From Candidatus Freyarchaeum deiterrae (GTDB lineage Archaea; Asgardarchaeota; Jordiarchaeia; Jordiarchaeales; Jordiarchaeaceae): 64,000 nucleotides of DNA. Below the pieces are notes generated by a model. The model saw only the letters and a program-made list of their open reading frames with translations, made no database searches and was not told where the DNA came from. A program made the position numbers and the translations under genes. The first letter of the stretch is position 1. Each line of letters opens with the position of its first letter. The DNA lies in NCBI GenBank assembly GCA_037305845.1, contig CP147778.1, positions 1,280,001-1,344,000 of the forward strand, in the 5' to 3' direction. Shown here piece after piece: positions 21,809 to 31,702 of this stretch.

Positions 21809-22849
21809 TTATTTTATTTGTATTGTTGCGTTGTCTCCCACGTTTAGTTCTAGTAAGGTTCCTTTGACGATGGCCTCGTCTCCCACTAGGGTGTCGGTTA
21901 GGTTTGTGTTTTCGATTTGTGCGTGTGAGCCGATTATGGTGTTTTTTATTATTGAGTTTTTTATTTTTGTGCATTCTGCTACTGATACGTATGGTCCTAT
22001 TACAGAGTTTTCGATTTGACATTCCTCTGCTATAGCTATGGGTGGGATTATTACAGTGTTTGTTGGTTTGCTATGTGTAAGTTTTGTCTGGTTACCGTGT
22101 TTTTCTTGAAGTAAGACCTGGTTTGCTTCAAGCAAGGTGTCTTTCCTCCCGCAATCGTACCATTTTTCAACTTTGAAGGTTTTGAGGTGGGCTTTCCAGT
22201 CTATCATTTTTTGTAGGGCGTCTGTTAGTTGATACTCTTCTCCGGTTTTGGGTTCTTTTTCAATTATTTGTTCCAAAGCTTTGTAGAGTAAGGGGGAGTC
22301 GTTTATGACATAGACTCCAGATATCGCTAGGTTTGATAGGGGAGTGGTGGGTTTTTCGACAAGTTGGGTTATGTCTCCGTTTTTTATCTTTACGTTTCCG
22401 TAGTGTTGGGGTTGGTCCACTTCTTTTACTCCTATTGAGGCTGCGCATTCTCCGTTTTTCTGGTGTTTTTGAAGCATATCTTTGTAGGTCTGTAGGAATA
22501 CCATATCCCCTAAAAGGATTAAAAGTGGCTGGTCTATTGCCTGTTCTTTTGCTACATAGACCGCGTGTCCCAGTCCGAGTCGGGGTTCTTGTTCAACGAA
22601 TATAAATTCGAATTGGTTCGAGTAATTTTTTTGGAGGTATTCTGTGATTTGTTCCTTCATGTATCCTATGACTACTACTACTTCTCGGATTTGTGTTGTT
22701 TTTAGATTGTCTAGGATGTGTCCGATGAGGGGTTTCTCCGCTACTCGGAGCAGGGATTTGGGTTTCGTGTTAGTTTGTGGTCTGAGACGTGTTCCACGAC
22801 CAGCAGCAGGTATTAACGCTCTCAACTCTTTTTCTACTCCGTTTTTCAT
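21809..22849 (-). CDS. Sugar-1-phosphate nucleotidyltransferase with C-terminal beta-helix
   Basis: PAAGRGTRLRPQTNTKPKSL, LVEKP, YQLTDAL, WYDCG, hexapeptide repeats. Confidence 0.92.
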   Translation of the reverse strand: MKNGVEKELRALIPAAGRGTRLRPQTNTKPKSLLRVAEKPLIGHILDNLKTTQIREVVVVIGYMKEQITEYLQKNYSNQFEFIFVEQEPRLGLGHAVYVAKEQAIDQPLLILLGDMVFLQTYKDMLQKHQKNGECAASIGVKEVDQPQHYGNVKIKNGDITQLVEKPTTPLSNLAISGVYVINDSPLLYKALEQIIEKEPKTGEEYQLTDALQKMIDWKAHLKTFKVEKWYDCGRKDTLLEANQVLLQEKHGNQTKLTHSKPTNTVIIPPIAIAEECQIENSVIGPYVSVAECTKIKNSIIKNTIIGSHAQIENTNLTDTLVGDEAIVKGTLLELNVGDNATIQIK

Positions 22850-23067
22850 TGATTAAAGCGCTCTTGTGTGAATTCTATTGGAACGTCTTAATAAAATATA
22901 CTTATAGTTTTATTTTCTATAATATAATCTTTGGGATATATCTTAATATCGTTGTTTTTCTGGAAAATAAAATAAAGTAGATAATGGGAATTATTTTCTA
23001 GGGCATGAAATTCTTTAAAAATCAACTTGACCAATTCTAAGCTCAATAATTAAAGAGGCGAATACTA

Positions 23068-24399
23068 ATGTTTGACTATGAAATTAAAACAATTTCTGTA
23101 GTGGGTCTGGGATACGTTGGCGTTGTAACAAGTGTGTGTTTTGCGGAGATGGGCTACAATGTAATTTGCGTTGATATCGATAAAGATAAAATTGAGTTAG
23201 TTAATGAAGGCAAATCTTCTATTTTTGAGCCCGAGGTTCCAGAGCTGTTAGCGAAGGCTTTGAACCAAAACAAACTTGTTGCAATAACAGATGTCCCGAA
23301 GGCGGTAACCAACTCGGAAGCGACATTTATCACTGTGGGAACCCCCACCGTTAAAGGAAAGATAGACCTAACAGCAATAAAATCCGCCTCAGAAATGGTT
23401 GGTAAAGGCTTGGCAGACAAAAATTCTTATCACATTGTAGTAGTCAAAAGCACAGTAATCCCCGGAACAATAGAAAGCGTTGTCATACCAACGATTGAGA
23501 AAACTTCAGGAAAATCTGAAGGAAAAGAGTTCGGCGTGTGTTCCAACCCCGAATTTCTCCGGGAGGGAGCTGCGGTTTATGACTTCAGAAAGCCTGATAA
23601 AATAGTAATCGGGAGCAACAATGAAAAGGCTGGAGACATTTTAGAAAGAATTTTTAGGGCTTTCAATTCAACAATCCTAAGAACCGATATTCGAACAGCG
23701 GAAATGATCAAGTATGCTAATAACGCTTTTCTTGCAACCAAAGTTTCATTCATAAACGAAATCGCCAACATCTGTAAAAAACTTGGGGTGGATGTTACTA
23801 AAGTAGCAGAAGGAATAGGTTTGGACTTCAGAATCAACCCCCATTTTCTGAGAGCGGGACCCGGCTTTGGCGGTTCCTGTTTTCCTAAAGATGTTCAAGC
23901 ATTAATTTCCGCCTCAAATAGCGTGGGCTATAACCCTATACTACTGACTTCGGTATTAGAAGTGAATCGAAAACAACCCTTAAAACTAATAGAACTTGCA
24001 AAAGAGCTTCTAGGAAATTTGAAGGGAAAGAACATTGCCGTACTAGGATTATCCTTTAAACCCAATACGGATGACATGAGGGAAGCGCCTTCATTGAAGA
24101 TAATTCCCGCCCTAATAGGGGAGAAAGCAGATGTGACCGTGTACGATCCTGAGGCAGTAATGAACGCAAAAAAAATTTTTGGGGAAAAGATAAAATACGC
24201 TTCAAATGCTCTGGATGCCTTGAAGGGAGCGGATTGTTTGATGATAGTTACCGAGTGGGATGAGTTCAAAAATCTACCTCTAGCAGAAGTTAAAGGTTTG
24301 ATGAGAACCCCCTTTATCGTGGATGGTAGAAGGATCCTGAATCCAGAAGCAGCCAAGAAAGAGGGTTTCAAGTACAAGGGAATAGGCTGGAAAGACTAA
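23068..24399 (+). CDS. ugd: UDP-glucose 6-dehydrogenase
   Basis: VGLGYVG, VGTPT, KSTVIPG, SNPEFLREG, GFGGSCFPKD, FKPNTDDMREAP. Confidence 0.95.
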   Translation: MFDYEIKTISVVGLGYVGVVTSVCFAEMGYNVICVDIDKDKIELVNEGKSSIFEPEVPELLAKALNQNKLVAITDVPKAVTNSEATFITVGTPTVKGKIDLTAIKSASEMVGKGLADKNSYHIVVVKSTVIPGTIESVVIPTIEKTSGKSEGKEFGVCSNPEFLREGAAVYDFRKPDKIVIGSNNEKAGDILERIFRAFNSTILRTDIRTAEMIKYANNAFLATKVSFINEIANICKKLGVDVTKVAEGIGLDFRINPHFLRAGPGFGGSCFPKDVQALISASNSVGYNPILLTSVLEVNRKQPLKLIELAKELLGNLKGKNIAVLGLSFKPNTDDMREAPSLKIIPALIGEKADVTVYDPEAVMNAKKIFGEKIKYASNALDALKGADCLMIVTEWDEFKNLPLAEVKGLMRTPFIVDGRRILNPEAAKKEGFKYKGIGWKD

Positions 24400-24474
24400 G
24401 GGTGCTATGAAAAATGAGTGCCCAAATTCCATGTCATGATCTATCGGCCAGGATTGGTCAAATTAAGACCACAC

Positions 24475-25482
24475 TTATTTTAAAACTGTCGACTGCGGCA
24501 GATTGCACTTGTACCAATCAATTGTTTTCTTTAATCCTTCTTTTAGCGATATTTTGGGTTCATACCCCAATATGTTTCTTGCTTTTCTGATATCTGCTAC
24601 TCTTCTCAAAGTATCTTCGTAGTTATCTCCATAGAATTCAGTATAGGGTATATGTTTTGGTTTAATTTTATTTATGTTATCTGTTAGCTCTAATATGAGG
24701 TCGGCTAGTCGATTAATTGTTATCTCTTCTTCATGTCCAAGATTAAAAATTTCTCCGATACTTTGTTCCTTTTCAACTGCGAGAAGAGTACCTTCCACTA
24801 TGTCTGTTATATAAGTGAATCCTCTTGTCTGTTTTCCATCTCCATGTACTAAGGGGGGGTTACGCTCAAGAACTCTTTTTATAAAAATAGGTATTACCGC
24901 ACCGTAATCACTGGATTCCTGTCTTGGACCATAAGCATTAAAGTATCTTAATATTGTTACGGGGAGCCCTTTCTTGTGATGATATGCAAGAAGCATATGT
25001 TCATCTAAAGCTTTTGTTGTTGAATAACACCATCTAAAAATATTGGTAGGGCCAAGAATTCTATCCGAGTTTTCACTAAGTGGAACATTGACATTTTTAC
25101 CATATACCTCACTGGTGGAGGCAAACAAAAATAGTTCAACATGGTTTTTTAAGGCACCTTCTATTACGTTGTGGGTACCAAACGTATTTGTTAATATCAC
25201 TTTTAACGGATTGTCCATGTATTTTTTTACACCGACTACTGCAGCTTCATGAATAATAATATTAACATTCTTAGAGGCTTTTTCCACAACTTTTTTATCC
25301 AAAATACTGCCCTCAATAAATACAAAATTTTTCTTTTGCAAATGATTCTTAATGTATTGAATACGGCCACTACTTAAATCATCTAGCACTACAATTTCGT
25401 TATCTTCTATCAGGCTATCCACTAAATGCGAGCCGATGAATCCAGCACCGCCTGTAACCAATATTTTTTTACCAGAAATCAT
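24475..25482 (-). CDS. NAD-dependent epimerase/dehydratase (UDP-glucuronate decarboxylase-like)
   Basis: TGGAGFIGSHL, ASTSEVYGK, RWCYSTTK, RYFNAYGPRQ; convergent with ugd. Confidence 0.85.
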   Translation of the reverse strand: MISGKKILVTGGAGFIGSHLVDSLIEDNEIVVLDDLSSGRIQYIKNHLQKKNFVFIEGSILDKKVVEKASKNVNIIIHEAAVVGVKKYMDNPLKVILTNTFGTHNVIEGALKNHVELFLFASTSEVYGKNVNVPLSENSDRILGPTNIFRWCYSTTKALDEHMLLAYHHKKGLPVTILRYFNAYGPRQESSDYGAVIPIFIKRVLERNPPLVHGDGKQTRGFTYITDIVEGTLLAVEKEQSIGEIFNLGHEEEITINRLADLILELTDNINKIKPKHIPYTEFYGDNYEDTLRRVADIRKARNILGYEPKISLKEGLKKTIDWYKCNLPQSTVLK

Positions 25483-25518
25483 TGCTTCTCACCAGAGAGC
25501 TGCCTTGTTGCATAATTA

Positions 25519-25593
25519 GCTCTGTTTACTTTGTTTAGTACTCAAAAGGGCGTAAAACGTATTTTCTTTCCTTCTCCTATATTTCTTTCCTTT
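25519..25593 (+). mobile_element. Isolated left-end relic of the same IS5-like element
   Basis: gctctgtttactttg...caaaagggcgtaaaacgtattttc...tatttctttcc aligns over ~75 bp with the reverse complement of ~5603-5679; both are preceded by AATTA. Confidence 0.7.
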
Positions 25594-25755
25594 GTGATTT
25601 AAATCTTTAATTGGCTGTGCCTTCTAGAAGTATTATTTTATTTCTCTAGAGTAGGCTTTATGGCTAACGGATTCTTTATAGTAAAATTTATTACTTAATT
25701 CATTAGTAAATAATACGCTGTGAATGGAGTTTGAACAAGTCTAATTATCCACTTT

Positions 25756-26811
25756 TTGATGAAAAGAAGCGGACGGGTCTTTTCCAGGTCGCCTTTGGAA
25801 GGGAGTGACAAACTAATGCCTTTAAAAGATTATTTCAAACACTACATTTTTAACCTGAATTTTTATTTTTGGATTGGTTGGGCCATTATTATATCAACGA
25901 AGAATCCTTGGGTTGTTCCTCCAGTAGTTTTTAAAATTAAAAAGGAGGCCGTTGTAAGAATAAAATCTGAGCCAGTGGAGTTGTCAATAAAAATAAATTC
26001 TCATAACTATAAGATTTTATATTACCTGTCATTTTTGAGAAATCAGGGTAACTTGCTTTTTGATGGAACTAAGGTCAAGTTCTTACCTTGTGGAGTTGAA
26101 TTACTGCCAGATCAAATGGTGGAAGAAGAAGTCGTAATCATCTACTTTGCCTGTATTCTTAATTTATCATTAGAGAGACATGAAGATTATTATCTGTTAC
26201 GATTAAAAGATGGAATGAAGTTTAAAGTAAAAAAAATCTCCCAAATCTCAAACTTGGCTGAAACGTTTATCAAGAATCAATATCAGAGATTTGGCCAAGA
26301 TTTAAAGGGAAAGGTGGTTTTAGACATAGGTACTTCCATAGGAGATACACCAATCTATTTTTCACGTGCTGGTGCTAAGATGGTGTATGCCTATGAACCC
26401 GACCCATACTCATTCAATCTAGCGATGGATAACTTAAAGCTGAATAGTATAAGTAATGTGAAGCTATTCGAAGTGGGAGTTGGTGCTTCTAAAGGGAAAA
26501 TTGCTACTAAATCTTTTTCAAGCTCTGAAAAAGTTATTATTAATGTGCTACCTTTTAGTGAAGTCATCAAACAAGTTGGAGAAGTTGACTTTTTAAAAAT
26601 GGATTGTGAAGGCTGCGAGTTTCCTGCACTGTTATCATTATCTAACAAAGAACTTTCTAACATTAAAGAGTTAGTCATTGAGTACCATAAAAATCCTTCT
26701 CAAATAGTTGAGAAATTAAAGAACGCAGGTTTTCTTGTTAATGTTGAGGAACCATGGATGTACGATCAAGGATACCCTGTAGGATTCTTACATGCAAGGA
26801 AGCAAAATTAA
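25756..26811 (+). CDS. FkbM family methyltransferase (start may be 25816)
   Basis: VLDIGTSIGDT, YAYEPDP, LKMDCEGCE, VIEYH. Confidence 0.9.
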   Translation: MMKRSGRVFSRSPLEGSDKLMPLKDYFKHYIFNLNFYFWIGWAIIISTKNPWVVPPVVFKIKKEAVVRIKSEPVELSIKINSHNYKILYYLSFLRNQGNLLFDGTKVKFLPCGVELLPDQMVEEEVVIIYFACILNLSLERHEDYYLLRLKDGMKFKVKKISQISNLAETFIKNQYQRFGQDLKGKVVLDIGTSIGDTPIYFSRAGAKMVYAYEPDPYSFNLAMDNLKLNSISNVKLFEVGVGASKGKIATKSFSSSEKVIINVLPFSEVIKQVGEVDFLKMDCEGCEFPALLSLSNKELSNIKELVIEYHKNPSQIVEKLKNAGFLVNVEEPWMYDQGYPVGFLHARKQN

Positions 26812-27175
26812 TACAGAGCGTACTAGTCCTTAGAACTTAAGATTGGTAAGAGTTTAAGCTCAAAAACGAAATTCTACAACAAGCATATTTTTCCGAGAAG
26901 ATTGAATAACACACAACTATTGCTTCAATTTTTATTCAAACTGCGATTTCTAATGAATTTTAGTTGAAACATAAAAAATTAAAAAACATGATTGATAATG
27001 AAAGTATTACAAAACATTATGAAAAACATGTGGAACACTGTTTAATTACTATACACATGAGAACTTTAATGAGTTATAAATTTAGGAACCTGATTATCAA
27101 AGAGCTTTGGCTAGGAGGGCTTATGGCTTGACTATGAAATGAGTTGTAGAAGAGGTTTTGGCAGGAGAGTTTTTT

Positions 27176-27730
27176 CTATGAGTTAGTTTTTATTGGTGGA
27201 ATGTATCCCAGATTCTCCAGTTTTTTGAGTATTTTGTTTACGCTCTCCTCTAAACTTTCCTGGGATGTGTCAACTGTGACCTCGGGGTTTAGTGGTTCTT
27301 CGTAGGGCTCTTGGATTCCGGTTAGGTCGTTTAGTTCTCCCTTAATCGCCTTTTGGTAGAGGCCTTTTGGGTCTCGTCTTATACATTCTTCTAGTGGGCA
27401 TTTTACCCAGACTTCAACAAAGTTTCCTATCTGGTTTCTGGCCTGTTCACGGAAGTCTCTGAAGGGTGAGATTAATCCTACTATTACAGCTACTCCGTTT
27501 CTTACCAAGAGTTTGGCTACGTAGGCTACTCTTTTGGCGTGAGTCTCGCGATCCTCTTTGGTGAACCCTAAGTCTGGGCTCAGATTTTTTCTAACCTCAT
27601 CCCCGTCTAGAACTTCTACATTTAAGCCCTTTTTCCTGAGAGCTTTTTCTAGGGCTCGTGCTATGGTGGTTTTTCCAGACGCGGGTAATCCGGTGAGCCA
27701 GACTCCGAAGCCTTCCCTCAAGTAAATCAC
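27176..27730 (-). CDS. cysC: Adenylyl-sulfate (APS) kinase
   Basis: WLTGLPASGKTT, LDGDEVR, LGFTKEDR, RDPKGLY, TGIQEPYEEP. Confidence 0.96.
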   Translation of the reverse strand: MIYLREGFGVWLTGLPASGKTTIARALEKALRKKGLNVEVLDGDEVRKNLSPDLGFTKEDRETHAKRVAYVAKLLVRNGVAVIVGLISPFRDFREQARNQIGNFVEVWVKCPLEECIRRDPKGLYQKAIKGELNDLTGIQEPYEEPLNPEVTVDTSQESLEESVNKILKKLENLGYIPPIKTNS

Positions 27731-29103
27731 CAGTTTATTGCTTTGCCTCGCATTTCTTTTGGAATTGGTACCTCTAGTATGCTTAGAACCGTGGGAGCTA
27801 CATCGAGAATATTAAGGTTTTTAATTTCTGAGCCTGATTTTTTTGTTGGATCGTAGAGTATGAATAGTCCGTACTCGGCGTGTACCGCGTCATCTGGTCC
27901 GGTGTCGTTTTCTGACAGGTATAGGGTGTCGTATCCGATTGTTCCCGCGGATCTCCAGTATAGGTCGTCGAGGTAGACTATTAAATCGGGGGAATCGCCG
28001 TTAAGCTCGTCGTAGATTTCTTCTGGTTTGTATATTTTATTGTTAAGCTTTTCCCCATTGGGTCCATGAATATTTTTTAGTTTTTCTGCCAATTCGTCTC
28101 GGATTTTTTCGTAGTCTTCTGGTGTCACGGTTCCTCGGGGTTCTCTTCCCTCGACGTTTATGAATATTCTGGCATAGTATCCGCCCCATCCCCAGGCTTT
28201 GGTTTTGCTCCAATCTATTTGGGACTCTTTTAACTCCGCACCTCTCGCTGGCTTGTCTTTTGTTTTTAGGTATCCTTCTCCTATCAGCCACTGGTTGATG
28301 CAGAAGGCTCCCTTCATTCCTTTGGCTCCGTGGTCTGAAACTACTATTACAATTGTATTTTCATCTATGATTTCCAGTAGGCTGCCTATCTCTTTGTCTA
28401 GGTATTTGTAGTATTCTTTGACTACGTTTTCGTATTTGTTATTGAGGACGTATTTTGGGTGTTCTTTGTCGAAAAACTTCCAGAAGGCGTGGTGTATTCT
28501 GTCTAAACCGATTTCTACGAAAGCGAAGAGGTTCCACTCTTTTTTTTGTATTAGATATTTTATCACTTTGAAGTGTTGTTTGGTCATCTCGTATATTTGT
28601 TCTAAGGTTTTGTCTCTTTCCTCTGTTCTGAACTCTACGTCGAATATGTACTCTTGGAACTGTTCTTCCAGTTCATTTTTTAGTTCTTTGGGATAGGTGT
28701 AATCCTTAGTGGCGTCTGGAGTTATGAAGCAGGAGATCATGCACCCATTAACCGGCTTGGGTGGGTAGCTTGGGGGTACGCCTACCGCACAGGTTTTGAG
28801 TCCCTTTTCCGATAGGACATCCCAGACAGTTTTGTATTTTACGGATTGGGAGTTTGCTATCCACGTTTCGTACGAGTAGCTCTTTTTGTGCCTGAATCCA
28901 TATAAGCCTAGTGTCCCAGGGTCTCTGCTTGTCATCATAACCATCCAGGCGGGAATAGTTATTGCAGGGATGCAGGACTTTAGTTTGCCATAAACACCGT
29001 GGTGGATCATTTTCTTAAGGTTGGGTAGCTCGTCCTGAAATTTTTCGAAAATCAGTTCTGGGGCTGCACAGTCCAATCCTATAATCAGTACTTTCTTTGA
29101 CAT
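27727..29103 (-). CDS. AlkP-superfamily / type I phosphodiesterase-nucleotide pyrophosphatase family protein
   Basis: IIGLDCA, SCIPAITIPAW (Thr nucleophile), DRIHHAFW, VSDHG, DDAVH, LDVAPT; no signal peptide. Confidence 0.9.
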   Translation of the reverse strand: MSKKVLIIGLDCAAPELIFEKFQDELPNLKKMIHHGVYGKLKSCIPAITIPAWMVMMTSRDPGTLGLYGFRHKKSYSYETWIANSQSVKYKTVWDVLSEKGLKTCAVGVPPSYPPKPVNGCMISCFITPDATKDYTYPKELKNELEEQFQEYIFDVEFRTEERDKTLEQIYEMTKQHFKVIKYLIQKKEWNLFAFVEIGLDRIHHAFWKFFDKEHPKYVLNNKYENVVKEYYKYLDKEIGSLLEIIDENTIVIVVSDHGAKGMKGAFCINQWLIGEGYLKTKDKPARGAELKESQIDWSKTKAWGWGGYYARIFINVEGREPRGTVTPEDYEKIRDELAEKLKNIHGPNGEKLNNKIYKPEEIYDELNGDSPDLIVYLDDLYWRSAGTIGYDTLYLSENDTGPDDAVHAEYGLFILYDPTKKSGSEIKNLNILDVAPTVLSILEVPIPKEMRGKAINW

Positions 29104-29105
29104 TT

Positions 29106-30155
29106 CTATGGATTCGCTCCTAACTTCGTTAATAACAGTTCTAGAAATTTTTTCGTTTCGTTCTTGGGAACTACTGCTGCAACTACCTCTTTTTTACCGC
29201 CGGCGCTGTAACCTAGACCTTTAGCGAAATTTATTATTTCGTAGGAATCAAAGAAGTTGTTCCCGGTTCTTATATATACTTGATCCCGATCCTTAAACCA
29301 GCCCTTATTCACGACTACCACTATGTTGTCTTTGTTCTTCCAAGCGAGTCTTCTTGTGATAGCCGAAGTGGTGTTGTACGGTGTATTTATTTCCCAAATT
29401 AGAATTTTACCTTCTGTGCGGGTTGGTGGTTTACTGGTTTGTTTCTCTACGTCATCTCTTAGTTTTTCAAGATTTTTGTTCCATTTCGGGTGTTCTAAGA
29501 TTGCCTCGGGATTGTTTTTTAATAACAGGAAAGGTGCTTCGAGAACACCGTTTCTGTCTCCCATTTTGTAATTCGAGTCTATTAGTTCAGTCATTCTGAG
29601 GAGATCGTCAAAAGAAATTTCTAGCTTTTCTATGAAGTCTTCTATCACGTTGTATACGTCTTTTTTGTTCTTGAGTTTGGTTTCGTGATCGCCTACCGCT
29701 CCTAGAATGGCGGTAATATTTACGGGGTTGCCTAGATAATCGTTTACAAACCAAGATGCCGAGGGGTACTTTTCATCATTTATTCCCTCAATTAAAGGGT
29801 TGAAGTGATGAATCTCTTCTATTTTTTCTTGGATGTGGTGGTCGAAGTAAAATACCTCTGCTTTTGAAGTATTTTTTAGTTTTAAGATGTTGTTCATTGG
29901 GAAGTTTATGTCAGCTATTATTATGAACTCGTAGTTTTGTGAACTTACTCTTTTTATTTCACGGTCTTCAAGGTAGTAGTTTCCAATGGTTGGTGTATAA
30001 TTTTTAATAATTAATTCTTTCTTCATTTTTCTGAGGTACTCTAGAAATAGAGCCGCTGAGGATATACCGTCCGTATCCCAGTGGTGAATTATTAATCCTT
30101 TTTTATAGTTTTTCACACGCTCAATCTCTAGCTCACCACGTTCGGAGGGACACAT
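29106..30155 (-). CDS. DHH-family phosphoesterase (candidate PAP phosphatase)
   Basis: HHWDTDG, IAD, FDHH, GAVGD, C-terminal AGGKKEV (DHHA1-like). Confidence 0.8.
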   Translation of the reverse strand: MCPSERGELEIERVKNYKKGLIIHHWDTDGISSAALFLEYLRKMKKELIIKNYTPTIGNYYLEDREIKRVSSQNYEFIIIADINFPMNNILKLKNTSKAEVFYFDHHIQEKIEEIHHFNPLIEGINDEKYPSASWFVNDYLGNPVNITAILGAVGDHETKLKNKKDVYNVIEDFIEKLEISFDDLLRMTELIDSNYKMGDRNGVLEAPFLLLKNNPEAILEHPKWNKNLEKLRDDVEKQTSKPPTRTEGKILIWEINTPYNTTSAITRRLAWKNKDNIVVVVNKGWFKDRDQVYIRTGNNFFDSYEIINFAKGLGYSAGGKKEVVAAVVPKNETKKFLELLLTKLGANP

Positions 30156-30162
30156 CTAGTCT

Positions 30163-31302
30163 TCACTCCACGAAGGGGTTTCCCGATTTCAGAATTATGT
30201 CAGTTACCTCGGGGCGCATAATTTCCTCCGGAGGACGCTGACCTTTAACGAGCATTTCGCGTATCTTTGTTCCGCTAAATTTTATGCATTGTTCCCCCTC
30301 GTGGGGGCAGATTTTCTCATTAACCATGCCGCCGCACTTTTTGCAGTAGTAGAACTCCTTGAAGAACAGGGGTACAATTCCTAGGTCGGGAAATTCTTCG
30401 AATATGTCTTGTGCGGCGTAGGGTGGATAGAAGTCGCCTACTCCTGCGTGGTCCCTTCCCACTATGAAGTGGGTGCATCCGAAGTTTTTTCTTACGATAG
30501 CGTGGAATATTGCTTCTCGGGGACCTGCGTATCTCATTTCGAAGGGTAGGATGCTTATTACCGCTCGGTCTTTTAGGTAATAGTTTTTTATTAGGGCATT
30601 GTAGGCTTCCAGTATGACTTCGTCTCTGAAGTCACCCTTTTTCTTTTTTCCGATGACGGGGTTGATGAATACTCCGTCTACGAAAGTTAGAGCTACTTTT
30701 TGTACATATTCGTGTCCCAGATGGGGAGCATTTCTTGTTTGAAACCCCACTATGGTTCTCCAGCCTTTCTCCTTGAATAGTATCCTAGTTTCTACTGGTC
30801 TTAGATTGTATTTTGAGAAAGGGTTTTTCATCTCATTGATTAGGTCAATTTTTCCGCCTAACAATAGTTCTTCCATATCTTTTAGTTTTGCAACCCCGGG
30901 ATGTTTGGCGTCTAGGGTTCCGTAAACTTTCTGGGCGAATTCCCTTTTGTTATATTTGTACACTTCGTCTACACGCATTAGTGCTAGAGGCTTGTTTCCG
31001 TATGAGAGGGTGATGGTGTCTCCGTTTCTTGTTTCAAAATTATTCGGAGCGTCTAGGATTATGGGTAGTGTCCAGGGTAAGTCATTGGCTAATCTCTTCT
31101 CATTTAGAACGTTGGAATAGTCTTCTTCCAAGAGAAAGCCTTCCAAGGGGCTGAATACCCCCTTAGCGATGTTTTCAACGTCTTTGGCTAAACCCTCGTT
31201 GATGTTTAGGATTGGAAGTTCGCTGGCTAGTTCTTGGAATTTTTCTTTTTCATGTTCTCCTATTTCCCTGTTTACGAGTTTTCCACCATGAGGTTTCGGC
31301 AT
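30163..31302 (-). CDS. sat: Sulfate adenylyltransferase (ATP sulfurylase)
   Basis: PHGGKLVNR, FSPLEGF, FQTRNAPHLGHE, MRYAGPREA, IVGRDHAGVG, SGTKIR. Confidence 0.97.
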   Translation of the reverse strand: MPKPHGGKLVNREIGEHEKEKFQELASELPILNINEGLAKDVENIAKGVFSPLEGFLLEEDYSNVLNEKRLANDLPWTLPIILDAPNNFETRNGDTITLSYGNKPLALMRVDEVYKYNKREFAQKVYGTLDAKHPGVAKLKDMEELLLGGKIDLINEMKNPFSKYNLRPVETRILFKEKGWRTIVGFQTRNAPHLGHEYVQKVALTFVDGVFINPVIGKKKKGDFRDEVILEAYNALIKNYYLKDRAVISILPFEMRYAGPREAIFHAIVRKNFGCTHFIVGRDHAGVGDFYPPYAAQDIFEEFPDLGIVPLFFKEFYYCKKCGGMVNEKICPHEGEQCIKFSGTKIREMLVKGQRPPEEIMRPEVTDIILKSGNPFVE

Positions 31303-31331
31303 TTATAAACCCCTTTAATAGTATATGCGGT

Positions 31332-31556
31332 TTAGCCGAGATATCCTAGGGCTCTTAGTCTTTCCTTTACTTTCTCCTCGTCCTCTTTGCTGAATGGCTC
31401 CCTTTCTTCCTCCCCTTCTGCTACAATCTCATGAAGCACATACGTTACATAGCTTGAAACCGAGGTAAAGTCGGTGTTTTTAATTCTCTCTTGTATCTTC
31501 TTAAACAGCGGAGTGGGTATAGAAACAGTTGTGAATTTCTTATCCTTTTCAGACAT
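31332..31556 (-). CDS. Ribbon-helix-helix (CopG-like) protein with C-terminal ...EEKVKERLRALGYLG tail
   Basis: TTVSIPTPLFKKIQERI..FTSVSSYVTYVL RHH pattern; first gene of the sat operon. Confidence 0.85.
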   Translation of the reverse strand: MSEKDKKFTTVSIPTPLFKKIQERIKNTDFTSVSSYVTYVLHEIVAEGEEEREPFSKEDEEKVKERLRALGYLG

Positions 31557-31571
31557 TTCAAGCGCACCATT

Positions 31572-31591
31572 TAATTAAATATATTTAATTA
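31572..31591. promoter_or_regulatory. Perfect 20-bp palindrome upstream of the RHH-sat operon, candidate operator
   Basis: TAATTAAATATATTTAATTA equals its reverse complement, 16-35 bp upstream of the start codon. Confidence 0.45.
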
Positions 31592-31702
31592 TAATCCCTA
31601 GCATATTAAAGATTTTCATGTCTATAAACACCTAAAAAAGATGCCTGTGGAAGAGTTATAAAAGCCCATTTAAAGAGAATTTAGAGAGGTTACTAGTATT
31701 GT

